A DNA stretch of 64,000 nucleotides, taken from IMG/VR virus record IMGVR_UViG_3300029381_000501. The stretch is one strand, 5' to 3'. Positions 8,541-17,286 of this stretch are shown one piece after another; the stretch's first letter is position 1; every line of letters starts with the position of its first letter. This DNA comes from a virus. Position numbers and translations under genes: made by a program. The notes beneath the pieces are model-generated. The model made no database searches, had not been told where the DNA came from, and worked only from the letters and a program-made list of their open reading frames with translations.

Positions 8541-8912
8541 TCAGCCTACAAGAGTCTTGCGTTCATCGGCTATCTTGCCGTTGTTCTTCTCCAGGAGTAT
8601 ATCACGAAGCTCCTTGGTGATGCCCTCTTGTACGAGCAGCTTGACCTTGGCTTCTGCCAGCTCCTTCAAGAGTGCTTCATCGGTTGGCTTGTCTTCCTTG
8701 AACATTGAACCTTTGCCGTCCAGTAACCAATCATACGAAACATCCACAAACGTGGATTTTATGTGCATGATAAAATCTAGGGTAGGGTCTTTTGTGCCGT
8801 TGATGTAGTTGTTAACTGTGGTATATTTCATACCTATTTTAGATGCAAAAGCCCTTCCGCTCAGATTGTTATAATTTCTAAGCTCGTTTATTCTATCAAC
8901 TATATCTTTCAT
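8541..8912 (-). CDS. XRE-family HTH transcriptional repressor (CI-like)
   Basis: 'LSGRAFASKIGMKYTTVNNYINGTKDP' is a classic HTH_3 motif; divergently arranged with a small HTH (cro-like) gene. Confidence 0.7.
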   Translation of the reverse strand: MKDIVDRINELRNYNNLSGRAFASKIGMKYTTVNNYINGTKDPTLDFIMHIKSTFVDVSYDWLLDGKGSMFKEDKPTDEALLKELAEAKVKLLVQEGITKELRDILLEKNNGKIADERKTLVG

Positions 8913-8973
8913 ATTGCATTAATGTTTAAATGTTTAAATATTGTTTAAGTAATTATAAATAAATATGCAAATG

Positions 8974-9005
8974 CTTGGATATTTCTACAAGATTGCGTAT
9001 CTTTG
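8974..9005 (+). promoter_or_regulatory. Candidate promoter of cro-like gene: GCTTGG (-33) with 20-nt spacer to TATCTTTG (-7, 8998-9005); inverted repeat ATCTTTGCA (8999-9007) / TGCAAAGAT (9061-9069) spans the switch region
   Basis: Consensus match; shares the 12-mer GCTTGGATATTT with 4124-4135. Confidence 0.4.
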
Positions 9006-9080
9006 CATCCGTGATTCAGACAACGATTCATCGTTTCTTTATCATTTAATGTTTTACGTGTGCAAAGATAATAAAAAAGT

Positions 9081-9290
9081 ATGGATAAAGTGGTATATAA
9101 ACCGAAAATTTTGGTTAGAAAATCAAAAATCGGCAAAATAGCTAAGTCAGTCGGCTGCTGCAATGCGGCAGTTTACGCTGCAATAGCATATAAGACAAAC
9201 AGCAAGTTAGCAGTCGATATTCGAAATGTTACTTGCAATAGGTTTGGTGGTATCCTCGTCAAGAAGTACCCCGAACTTGTGGAAGATTAA
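9081..9290 (+). CDS. Small HTH DNA-binding protein (Cro-like)
   Basis: 69 aa; 'IGKIAKSVGCCNAAVYAAIA' looks like an HTH; divergent from the repressor. Confidence 0.45.
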   Translation: MDKVVYKPKILVRKSKIGKIAKSVGCCNAAVYAAIAYKTNSKLAVDIRNVTCNRFGGILVKKYPELVED

Positions 9291-9927
9291 AGGAAGCCGT
9301 TCGGCTTTTAGATAAAAGTTGTGATTTAACGTTAAGCCCCCATCCTGCGTGAGCAGGGTGGAGGTTGCCAGAAGAAAATCTTATTGATCATATTTTTTAA
9401 TTATTAATACTTTACGGTACTCTCGTTCGTGAGAATAGGAGTATCAATCGGGTTTGAGCCAGTCTGCTCGGTAGTGGAGGGAGACCTTGGGTGTCAGCCA
9501 GCAATTTAGTAGGTTTTCTAGCAAGGGTGTTCAACTCGCCCCAAGCCCACACAAGTTTTTGTGTTTTGTTATTATAAAAATGTGATGTAAGGTGATAAAA
9601 GAGCGGTATATGTCAAGTGGCGGATATTTCATTATTTTCGGGTCGAAACAAGATGCCACGAACCAAAAGGAAATAGCTTTGGCGGCTATTCTACCAACAC
9701 CTTTCATTTTAATGACAATCGCAAAGCTATCCCATTGTCCCTTTGGTGGGCATACGATCATTGACTTATTGGAAAATTAAGCTGAAGGATATTAAGTCTT
9801 TATATAGGGTAAGCGAGGACGAAAGCAAAATAATAACTGATTGCTTGTTAGTATTACAAAAATCCTTCGCAAGCCCGAGCGGTGAGCATGGCTCTCAAAT
9901 TCGTGGTAGCGCACGATGCCGCTATAT

Positions 9928-10037
9928 TGCAGAATAGCTCAGTTGGTTAGAGCAGGCACGTAACATAATGAGTAAACCCTTAACATATTCTTATCAACCG
10001 TGCGACCTGGTCGTGGGTTCGAGTCCCACTTCTGCAA
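9928..10037 (+). tRNA. tRNA-like gene with ~31-nt insertion in the anticodon loop (intron-containing or disrupted tRNA; anticodon not assignable)
   Basis: Acceptor TGCAGAA/TTCTGCA (7 bp); D-arm GCTC-AGTTGGTTA-GAGC; T-arm GTGGG-TTCGAGT-CCCAC (canonical TTCGA); anticodon stem GCACG/CGTGC encloses 38 nt instead of 7. Confidence 0.5.
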
Positions 10038-10187
10038 CTTTTCATATTTATTTAAAATTTAAATTAAAAACAAGCCCCCTGTTGCAGCGGCAACATATTG
10101 GGCGGAATATGAGTTTTTTATCATGTCATGGTTCCTGCCAGTCCGTGAGGATAGGCAGGTTATCTTCAAACTTAAAAACAATAGCGT

Positions 10188-10379
10188 ATGCTTCAATTAT
10201 TCACGACTCGGTCCTATCAAGAGCGAGTGGACGATATATACAAACAGCTCGAAAGGAATCCGTGGTGTCCGCTGGAGATTTTTGAGCTGAAAATCAGAAA
10301 GATTAATATGCTCAACTCACGTATCAAGAATCTCGCAGCAGATATGGGACGTGAAGAGGGCAAGTACAATACACTATAA
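10188..10379 (+). CDS. Hypothetical protein
   Basis: 63-aa ORF preceded by TAGCGTATG. Confidence 0.3.
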   Translation: MLQLFTTRSYQERVDDIYKQLERNPWCPLEIFELKIRKINMLNSRIKNLAADMGREEGKYNTL

Positions 10380-10394
10380 TATATATAATAAGGT

Positions 10395-10907
10395 ATGGTA
10401 TTAAGAAGATACAAGCCCCTGAAAAGGACTCCAATAAAGAAAACTCCTTGGGATAAGCCCAAGAAGGAGCAGGAGAAGAAGAAGGCTAAGGGTATTCCTT
10501 CCAAGCAATCCTTGGTGAAGAAGCTTGATCGAATCTTCCAGTTATACATAAGACTCCGTGACGTAAACAATCAAGGAGCATTCAGATGTATATCTTGTGG
10601 TAAATACAAGCCGTTCAGCCAGATGGATGCCGGTCATTTCATCGGCAGAGCTTCGATGTCGCTACGATATTGCGAGACTAATGTGTTCGGACAATGTCGT
10701 TACTGCAACCGCATGCTGAATGGAAATCTGCTGGACTATCGCAAAGCCTTGGTCAAGAAACTGGGAGAAGACAAGGTGGAATGGCTGGAGAACACTAAGC
10801 ACTCTACCAAGCAATACTCCATTTTTGAACTTCAAACACTCATAGACTACTACACAAAGGAAGTAGAGAAACTTAAAATAGAAAAGAACTATGACGAATG
10901 GAAGTGA
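10395..10907 (+). CDS. ninG: NinG/Rap-like recombination-promoting nuclease
   Basis: 'CISCGK...DAGHFIGR...NVFGQCRYCNRMLNGN' matches the lambda NinG (Rap) Cys/His arrangement. Confidence 0.6.
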   Translation: MVLRRYKPLKRTPIKKTPWDKPKKEQEKKKAKGIPSKQSLVKKLDRIFQLYIRLRDVNNQGAFRCISCGKYKPFSQMDAGHFIGRASMSLRYCETNVFGQCRYCNRMLNGNLLDYRKALVKKLGEDKVEWLENTKHSTKQYSIFELQTLIDYYTKEVEKLKIEKNYDEWK

Positions 10908-11514
10908 AGAGTGGAGGGACATAAAAGGATATGAAGGTATTTATCAAATATCTGATTGTGGTCGTGTAAAGTCTTTGAAAAGGATAGTTCCTTGGGGAAA
11001 AGGAATTAGACATATCAAGGAAAAGTTTCTTAGGGTAAAAAAGAAAAAGAGCGGGTATCTGTTTTATTGTCTTTACCAAAGAGACGGAACAGTGAAATAT
11101 GAACACGCTCACCGTTTGGTTGCACAAGCGTTCATTCCGAATCCATTACACAAAAAAGACGTAAACCATATTGATGGTAACAAGTCGAATAATTGTGTTG
11201 ATAATTTGGAATGGGCAACACGTTCTGAAAATCAGATTCATGCCTATAATATTTTGAAAAGAACTAGAGAACACCCTGTAGGTTGGGTTAATAAGCTTGC
11301 AAAGCATATCGTACAACTAAACTTAGATGGTACTTTTGTAAGAAAATGGGCAAGTTCATGTGATTTTCAAAGACAGACGGGTAAGACAGAGGCAAATGTC
11401 AGGCGTTGTCTGATAGGTAAACAGAAAACGGCTTACGGCTTTAGGTGGATGTATTTAGAAGATTATCAGAAGGAAGTGGATAAGCTTCTTGAAGAGAAAC
11501 ATTTAACAGAATAG
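10891..11514 (+). CDS. HNH homing endonuclease with NUMOD4 N-terminal motif and C-terminal NUMOD/IENR-like HTH
   Basis: 'WRDIKGYEGIYQISDCGRVKS' (NUMOD4), 'HIDGNKSNNCVDNLEWATRSEN' (HNH), and a C-terminal HTH-like region. Confidence 0.7.
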   Translation: MTNGSEEWRDIKGYEGIYQISDCGRVKSLKRIVPWGKGIRHIKEKFLRVKKKKSGYLFYCLYQRDGTVKYEHAHRLVAQAFIPNPLHKKDVNHIDGNKSNNCVDNLEWATRSENQIHAYNILKRTREHPVGWVNKLAKHIVQLNLDGTFVRKWASSCDFQRQTGKTEANVRRCLIGKQKTAYGFRWMYLEDYQKEVDKLLEEKHLTE

Positions 11515-11521
11515 ATTATAT

Positions 11522-12040
11522 ATGAGTAAATTCGGTACAAAGATTAAAGTAGAGTTAGTGACGCATGGTTGTTTCCCGACAAAGGCGTATGAGACGGATG
11601 CCGCTTACGACCTTCATGTAGCAAAGGATATGGAGGTGACTCCTTACGCCCGCTATTACGTTCCGCTCGGGTTCAAGATTCAGCTTCCTGCCAATGTGAA
11701 GATGCTGATCCAGCCACGCAGCGGTATGTCGGGCAAAGGCATGCAGCTTGATGTGTACTTCCCTTCTTGGATGAAGGGCGGTCGATTGGGCAAGGTGAGA
11801 GAGAACCTTGATGTGATTCTCGGCTTGATAGATTGCGGATATGGCGAAGAAGTCCACGTAATCGTGAAGTCGGGCAGGTGGAAATGGAAGAACCGCATTT
11901 TGCGACTCCTCGGCTTCAAGTTCGTTCTCCCTTATAGCTGGCGCATTTGCCAGGGCGCCTTCACCTATGTTCCAGATGTCAACTTGGAACTTGGCAAGGT
12001 AACCGGCACACGAAAAGGGTTAGGTTCAACAGACAGTTAG
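11522..12040 (+). CDS. dut: dUTP diphosphatase (dUTPase) with a ~15-aa insertion before motif 3
   Basis: Motifs 'AAYDL', 'IQPRSG', 'GLIDCGYGEE', 'RICQ', 'TRKGLGSTDS' in canonical order. Confidence 0.7.
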   Translation: MSKFGTKIKVELVTHGCFPTKAYETDAAYDLHVAKDMEVTPYARYYVPLGFKIQLPANVKMLIQPRSGMSGKGMQLDVYFPSWMKGGRLGKVRENLDVILGLIDCGYGEEVHVIVKSGRWKWKNRILRLLGFKFVLPYSWRICQGAFTYVPDVNLELGKVTGTRKGLGSTDS

Positions 12041-12070
12041 TTAGTTGATTGTTTTCATACAATGTGTTTT

Positions 12071-12113
12071 CCTGCCCATTTCTCGGGTAGCAACCGGGCG
12101 TGGGCAGGTTTTT
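12071..12113 (+). terminator. Intrinsic terminator CCTGCCCA...TGGGCAGG + TTTTT
   Basis: 8-bp GC stem plus T-run after dut. Confidence 0.55.
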
Positions 12114-12128
12114 AGAAAGAAGAAAATC

Positions 12129-12437
12129 ATGAGTAGAAAGAATATCAGACAAAATTACTTCAACCAAATCAGAAAGGTTACCGAGGAGGTTGACAAGGCA
12201 GGAGAGCACGGCAAGCATTTCCGCTGCATCATCCTCATGGGCGATGCCAGCACCAAGCAGGGCTTCTCCTTCCTCCACGCCTCAGATGGAGATTTACAGC
12301 AACTCCTTCTTCAAGCTATGCGCAACAGCAATGCGTTCACCTATGCAGCCGCTTGCGCATTCGAAGCTTACGATAAGGAGCTGAGAGAGAAACAAGAACA
12401 GAATAAAGATAAGAAAGATGAAGAAGATAATCATTAA
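12129..12437 (+). CDS. Hypothetical protein (acidic C-terminus); start at internal ATG after the terminator
   Basis: ORF 12045-12437 contains the terminator hairpin, so the ATG at 12129 is more plausible; overlaps the next gene by a few codons. Confidence 0.35.
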   Translation: MSRKNIRQNYFNQIRKVTEEVDKAGEHGKHFRCIILMGDASTKQGFSFLHASDGDLQQLLLQAMRNSNAFTYAAACAFEAYDKELREKQEQNKDKKDEEDNH

Positions 12438-14421
12438 GAAACTGAGACTGCTCAACTTCTGTGGCATCCGTGATGCCGAGTATGAGTTTAGCGAGAAGCT
12501 TACCATCGTGTCGGGTGGCAACGGACGAGGAAAGAGCACGATTGCCAACGCAATCATGTATGTTCTCTTCGGTACGGATATAGCAGGAAATTCGCTCGAC
12601 ATCAAGACCTTCGACAAGAATCACGAGATTGTCAAGGAGATTCCTCACGAAGCTGAACTCACCCTGCTTGTGGATGGCGAGCAGGTTGTATTGAAGCGAA
12701 CACTCACCGATTCTTGGAAGGGCAGCGAGTGCAAGAACACCTACAAGTATTATGTGGATGGCGATGTTGCCACGGCAGGAGACTTCAAGAAGGTAGTAGA
12801 AGGCATTTGTCCTGATTCCGTTTTCCGCCGCATTTCTTCGGCAACGAATTTCTGTAGTCTCCCTTGGCAGAAGCAGCGTGAACTGTTGGAATCACTTGCT
12901 GACCAATATACTACGCTGGATATTACGAAGGGCGATGAACGATTCGATTTCGTGGTAGAAGAACTCAAAAAGAAGTCGATTGCCGACCTCATCCATCATA
13001 TCAAATACAAGCGCAAGGAAGTGCAGAAGCAGTTGGATGCCGTTCCTATCCGCTTGGCAGAACTCGGTAAGTCTCTGCCCGAAGCGCTGGATTGGGATGC
13101 CTTATCTACCGAGAAGTCGAATCTCAACGACAAGCTTGTGGAACTCGCCAACAAGATTCAGGCTATCCGTATTGGCGGTGCCGACAAGGTAAGATACGAT
13201 GGAATCCTAAAGAAGATTGAATTTGCCGAGAAGCGCAAGCACAATATGGAGCAGGGAGCCATGAATCTCGCTACCGAGCAGGCTACCAAACATCAGAGCG
13301 ATGTGATTACTGCCAATATCGCAGTAAAGAAGGCGCAGAGTCTGGTTGATGATCTGAAAGCAACGATGAGGGGCTATACAGAATCGGAGATTCACGCCAA
13401 GGATAAGAAGGAAGAGTGCGAGCGCAAGGTGGTGGACATTAACAACCGGCTTGATGAACTCTCTAAATCCCGATGGAGCTGGAATGCCGAGGATGGCATC
13501 TGTCCTCATTGCGGTCAGCCGCTTCCGGCAGAAGATGTTGAGCGTATCAAGAAGGAATCCAAGGACCGCTTCAATGAACACAAGTCTAACGCATCGAAGA
13601 AGATTCAAGAGGAGTTCAACGGCATTCAGCAGGAATATACCGATGCAAAGAATATCCTTGAGAAGCTTGACAACGACCGAATGGTTACAACCAACCAGCT
13701 GGTGAAGGCTAACAAGACTCTCAAGGAAGCTGAGTTCAAGAAACGGGAGGTGGATGCCGAGAAACCGAAGACCTACGAGCAGATTCTTGCCGAGAAGGAA
13801 GAATATCAGCAGGTAGTGAAGGAGATTGCCGACTTGAAGGCTGAACTTAATGAGCCATCCGTTAATTCGGACGAGAACACAGAAATGATTATAGGATTGG
13901 AGAAGGAGCGTGAGCCTATCGGCACAAGATACAACGAGGTACTGGAACTCCTTGCCACCAAGGAGACCTATGACCGCATTTCCGAACTTATCGAAAAGGC
14001 GAAGCAGGACAAGGAATCATATCAGAATCAGCTGGATGAACTTGATGAGCAACTCGACCTGGCAAACGAGTACAACAAGAAGTCGTGCCAGCTGCTCGAA
14101 GAGAATGTGAATGGACACTTCTCATACGTCAAGTGGTCAATGTTCCGACAGGATCTTGAAGGTAATATGCAGCCATATTGTGAGTGCTATCACGATGGTG
14201 TGCCTTATAGCCGACTCAATGGAGCCGCCAAGGTGAATGCAGGAATCGACATCGCCAACACCTTCTCTAGATTCTATGAGGTATCTGCACCGATGGTGCT
14301 CGATGAATGTGAGAGTGTGAACCACCCAATCTATTCGGGCGACCAGCAGCAGATTCGGTTGACGGTAACCACCGATGATGAGTTGAAGTTTGAATATCCA
14401 TCCCTTGCGGTTATGGAATAA
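12418..14421 (+). CDS. Rad50/SbcC-like SMC-family ATPase with CxxC zinc hook
   Basis: Walker A 'SGGNGRGKST'; long coiled-coil middle; 'CPHCGQPLP' zinc hook at the centre; Walker B/D-loop 'MVLDECESV' at the C-terminus. Confidence 0.65.
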   Translation: MKKIIIKKLRLLNFCGIRDAEYEFSEKLTIVSGGNGRGKSTIANAIMYVLFGTDIAGNSLDIKTFDKNHEIVKEIPHEAELTLLVDGEQVVLKRTLTDSWKGSECKNTYKYYVDGDVATAGDFKKVVEGICPDSVFRRISSATNFCSLPWQKQRELLESLADQYTTLDITKGDERFDFVVEELKKKSIADLIHHIKYKRKEVQKQLDAVPIRLAELGKSLPEALDWDALSTEKSNLNDKLVELANKIQAIRIGGADKVRYDGILKKIEFAEKRKHNMEQGAMNLATEQATKHQSDVITANIAVKKAQSLVDDLKATMRGYTESEIHAKDKKEECERKVVDINNRLDELSKSRWSWNAEDGICPHCGQPLPAEDVERIKKESKDRFNEHKSNASKKIQEEFNGIQQEYTDAKNILEKLDNDRMVTTNQLVKANKTLKEAEFKKREVDAEKPKTYEQILAEKEEYQQVVKEIADLKAELNEPSVNSDENTEMIIGLEKEREPIGTRYNEVLELLATKETYDRISELIEKAKQDKESYQNQLDELDEQLDLANEYNKKSCQLLEENVNGHFSYVKWSMFRQDLEGNMQPYCECYHDGVPYSRLNGAAKVNAGIDIANTFSRFYEVSAPMVLDECESVNHPIYSGDQQQIRLTVTTDDELKFEYPSLAVME

Positions 14422-14451
14422 AAGAAGTAGAATTTATTAAAAATATAAATC

Positions 14452-14694
14452 ATGGCAGAAAATATTAAATTGATAGCAGAGGTAGATAAAGACCTTGTAA
14501 GGGGTATGCTTGTATTTGGTGGCGGTCTGAAAGACAATACACCATCAAGCATCGTAAAAGAGTGGATTAACGAGCATGATAGTGTAGAGCTTCCTGCTAG
14601 CGTAATTAACGATGTCCCAGAAATGGGAGCGGCAATGGCAACGCTTGTCCTTTTGGGGATTTCGAACGAACTTAAAAAAGATAAGGAGAAGTAA
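14452..14694 (+). CDS. Hypothetical small protein
   Basis: 80-aa ORF between the ATPase and RecT. Confidence 0.3.
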   Translation: MAENIKLIAEVDKDLVRGMLVFGGGLKDNTPSSIVKEWINEHDSVELPASVINDVPEMGAAMATLVLLGISNELKKDKEK

Positions 14695-14696
14695 TC

Positions 14697-15599
14697 ATGG
14701 CAGAAACAGCAGTAGCAAAGCAGCCTTCACAGAAGGCACTAGCAGTAAAGAACTTCCAGGCGGTAATGAACAATAGTTATTACCAGACCCTTTTGCAGAA
14801 CACCTTGAAGGAGAACAAGGGAACCTTCACCACCAGTTTGATGGAGCTGGCAACATCAGATGAAAAGCTTCTACAGTGCAATCCTAATGCGCTCATGGTA
14901 GAGGCGCTGAAGGCAGCATCCCTGCATCTTCCGCTCAACAAACAGTTGGGGCAGTGCTATATCCTTCCTTTCAAGATTCATGGCGTGATGACTCCTACAC
15001 TGGTAGTGGGAACCAAGGGTTATCTCCAGCTGGCAATGCGTACTGGTAAGTATGAGACCATCAACTCCGATGTGGTATATGAGGGCGAGCTGAGAGGTTA
15101 TGACAAGGTAACCGGTAATCTTGATTTGTCAGGCATTCGTACCTCAAATGTTCCTATCGGCTACTTCGCCTACATAAAGAAGAAGGACGGATTTTTCAAG
15201 ATTCTATATATGTCGCTCGATGAAGTCTGTCTCTATGCCAAGCAGTATAGCCCTACCGTCAAGTTCAACGACAAGGTTACACCGGACACCTTGAAGGAAC
15301 TGGCATTAAAGCAGGCTGCATCGGGAGTAAGTGATGGAGTGGGTTGGAATTCCAACTTCGAGAGTATGGCGCTGAAGACCGTGCTGAGAAGACTCCTCTC
15401 AAAATGGGGCGAGCTTTCCATCGAGAATAACGACATTCTCAACATAGATGAAGCCCCTTCTGCCGAGCAGCAGCGAGACGAGGAGTTTGCCGGGGCAAAG
15501 AAAGTAATCGTGGTTGATCCTGAGACTGGTGGAATCAAGCAGCCAGCTGGCGAGGATCCAGAGGCTCAGACCGAAACCAAGAAGTTTAAGTTGAGCTAG
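14697..15599 (+). CDS. recT: RecT-family single-strand annealing protein
   Basis: 'CNPNALMVEALKAASLHLPL...GQCYILPF...TLVVGTKGYLQLAMRTGKYETINSDVVYEGE' follows the RecT consensus. Confidence 0.65.
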   Translation: MAETAVAKQPSQKALAVKNFQAVMNNSYYQTLLQNTLKENKGTFTTSLMELATSDEKLLQCNPNALMVEALKAASLHLPLNKQLGQCYILPFKIHGVMTPTLVVGTKGYLQLAMRTGKYETINSDVVYEGELRGYDKVTGNLDLSGIRTSNVPIGYFAYIKKKDGFFKILYMSLDEVCLYAKQYSPTVKFNDKVTPDTLKELALKQAASGVSDGVGWNSNFESMALKTVLRRLLSKWGELSIENNDILNIDEAPSAEQQRDEEFAGAKKVIVVDPETGGIKQPAGEDPEAQTETKKFKLS

Positions 15600-15600
15600 T

Positions 15601-16317
15601 ATGAATCTAATCATTATAGGCTCATCCTCAAAAGGCAATTCGTATGCCCTTCAATCAGATTCGGGAGAAATCCTGCTGATTGAAGCAGGCATACACTTGC
15701 GAGAGGTGAAGAAGGCTATCGGGTATAAGACGAGCAAGGTAGTAGGGTGTATCGTGAGCCACGTCCATTCTGATCATTCCAAGTATATCCCCGAGTATCT
15801 AAAGGCAGGAATCAACGTATCTTCCAATGATGAAGTGGCAGAGAAATACCCGGGTGTAGATACGATGTCCGAGAACATCACCTTTAGGTTCGGAGACTTC
15901 GGAGTAACCCCATTCACAGTGGAGCACGATGCAAAAAACTTCGGCTATCTGATTCACGAACCATCTTATGGAACTATCTTCTTTGCTACGGATTGCTACA
16001 ATCTGCATTTCTATCTCAAAGGTTGCAAGACCTATCTTGCAGAGTGCAACTATTCTGATGCAATCCTAGACAAGGCGGTAGCAGATGGCAAGACACCACG
16101 CAGCCAGGCAGACCGAGTTCGATTGTCGCACATGAGTTTGGAGCACTCTATCGCTTGGCTAAAGGAATGCGATGCAGAGCATTGCGCCAACCAGATCATC
16201 CTCATTCACGGTTCCGCCCGACACCTCAATCCAATCATAGCAGTAAACAAGTTCCAACAGGTAATAGGCGCACCAACGTACTATGCCAAGAGTGGAGAAA
16301 TCATTAATCTTATTTGA
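15601..16317 (+). CDS. Metallo-beta-lactamase-fold hydrolase (putative recombination nuclease partner)
   Basis: 'HVHSDH' HxHxDH zinc-binding motif near the N-terminus. Confidence 0.55.
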   Translation: MNLIIIGSSSKGNSYALQSDSGEILLIEAGIHLREVKKAIGYKTSKVVGCIVSHVHSDHSKYIPEYLKAGINVSSNDEVAEKYPGVDTMSENITFRFGDFGVTPFTVEHDAKNFGYLIHEPSYGTIFFATDCYNLHFYLKGCKTYLAECNYSDAILDKAVADGKTPRSQADRVRLSHMSLEHSIAWLKECDAEHCANQIILIHGSARHLNPIIAVNKFQQVIGAPTYYAKSGEIINLI

Positions 16318-16318
16318 T

Positions 16319-16750
16319 ATGGCAGTATTCAAGAATTTAAACGACCCTCGCAGCTATATGGCTGCATTGAAGGAGATAGAAAAGGCTAAGTCAGCAGGCT
16401 ATAGTTTGGAAATCAAAAAGTTTCATCCTATAGCCACCGACCAGCAGAAGGCTTATCTCAACTTCATCATCACGTATCTATCCGGACAGATAGGGCAGAC
16501 GTTCTACCAGACTCTCAGTGAGATTCAGAAGAATGTAGCCCCTCACATCTTCATGACTGGCGAATATGATTCTAAGGGCTATCCAAGATTCAAGCCCCTT
16601 GGTTTCCTCGATACCGCAGAAGCCTCATCGGTAATCAGAAACGTTGCCGACTATGCCAACTGCATAGGCTTTCCGCTTCCCGAGCAGGATGATGAGCTGG
16701 CAAAGAAGTATTGTCAGATGGATATAGACTCCAACAAGGGGTGGGTATAA
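16319..16750 (+). CDS. Hypothetical protein (start at internal ATG 16319)
   Basis: The ATG lies two bases after the stop of the upstream gene. Confidence 0.35.
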   Translation: MAVFKNLNDPRSYMAALKEIEKAKSAGYSLEIKKFHPIATDQQKAYLNFIITYLSGQIGQTFYQTLSEIQKNVAPHIFMTGEYDSKGYPRFKPLGFLDTAEASSVIRNVADYANCIGFPLPEQDDELAKKYCQMDIDSNKGWV

Positions 16751-16770
16751 CTCATAAAAACTACAAGCTT

Positions 16771-17286
16771 ATGAAAACATTAAAGGAAGTCATTGCCGAG
16801 GCTAACAACTATGCCCCCGACAACGAAGCCATGCGTGACGCATTCGTAAATGGCGCAAGATTCATGGTAACCGGCAAGTATTACAAGGAGAAGCCGATGT
16901 TCCCGGAAGTGGACGAGTTCGAGACAGTGGATTTGCATGAAACGTTACCACCGTTAGCAAGTGTCATTGTTCCGACCTTCCAAGACTTTTGGGATGCCTA
17001 TGCCTACAAGAAGGGGCGCAAAAAAGCCGAAGAGAAGTGGAATAAGCTAAAGCTGAAAGAGAAGGTAGCCTGCATGAAGGCGGTTCCTGCCTATGTAGAG
17101 AACACCATGATTCCAGGTTCCGTATCAGATGATTCCAGAAAACAATATAGAATGCACCCTCTCACTTATCTGAATGGAGCAAGATGGGAGGATGAAATTT
17201 ATCCAGTACAGAGCAATGAGCAACAGAGAGCAAACAATCTTGCAGCAAAGGCAGCAAGAATCCTTGGTTCCGATTATCAAGGATAA
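16771..17286 (+). CDS. Hypothetical protein (start at internal ATG 16771)
   Basis: ORF track 16711-17286 with an internal Met just after the upstream stop. Confidence 0.35.
   Translation: MKTLKEVIAEANNYAPDNEAMRDAFVNGARFMVTGKYYKEKPMFPEVDEFETVDLHETLPPLASVIVPTFQDFWDAYAYKKGRKKAEEKWNKLKLKEKVACMKAVPAYVENTMIPGSVSDDSRKQYRMHPLTYLNGARWEDEIYPVQSNEQQRANNLAAKAARILGSDYQG

Noticed and set aside
9928-10037. Assigning a specific anticodon or amino acid to the tRNA-like gene
   Set aside because: All ways of collapsing the 38-nt loop to 7 nt give non-canonical loops (A at position 33), so no confident anticodon call is possible
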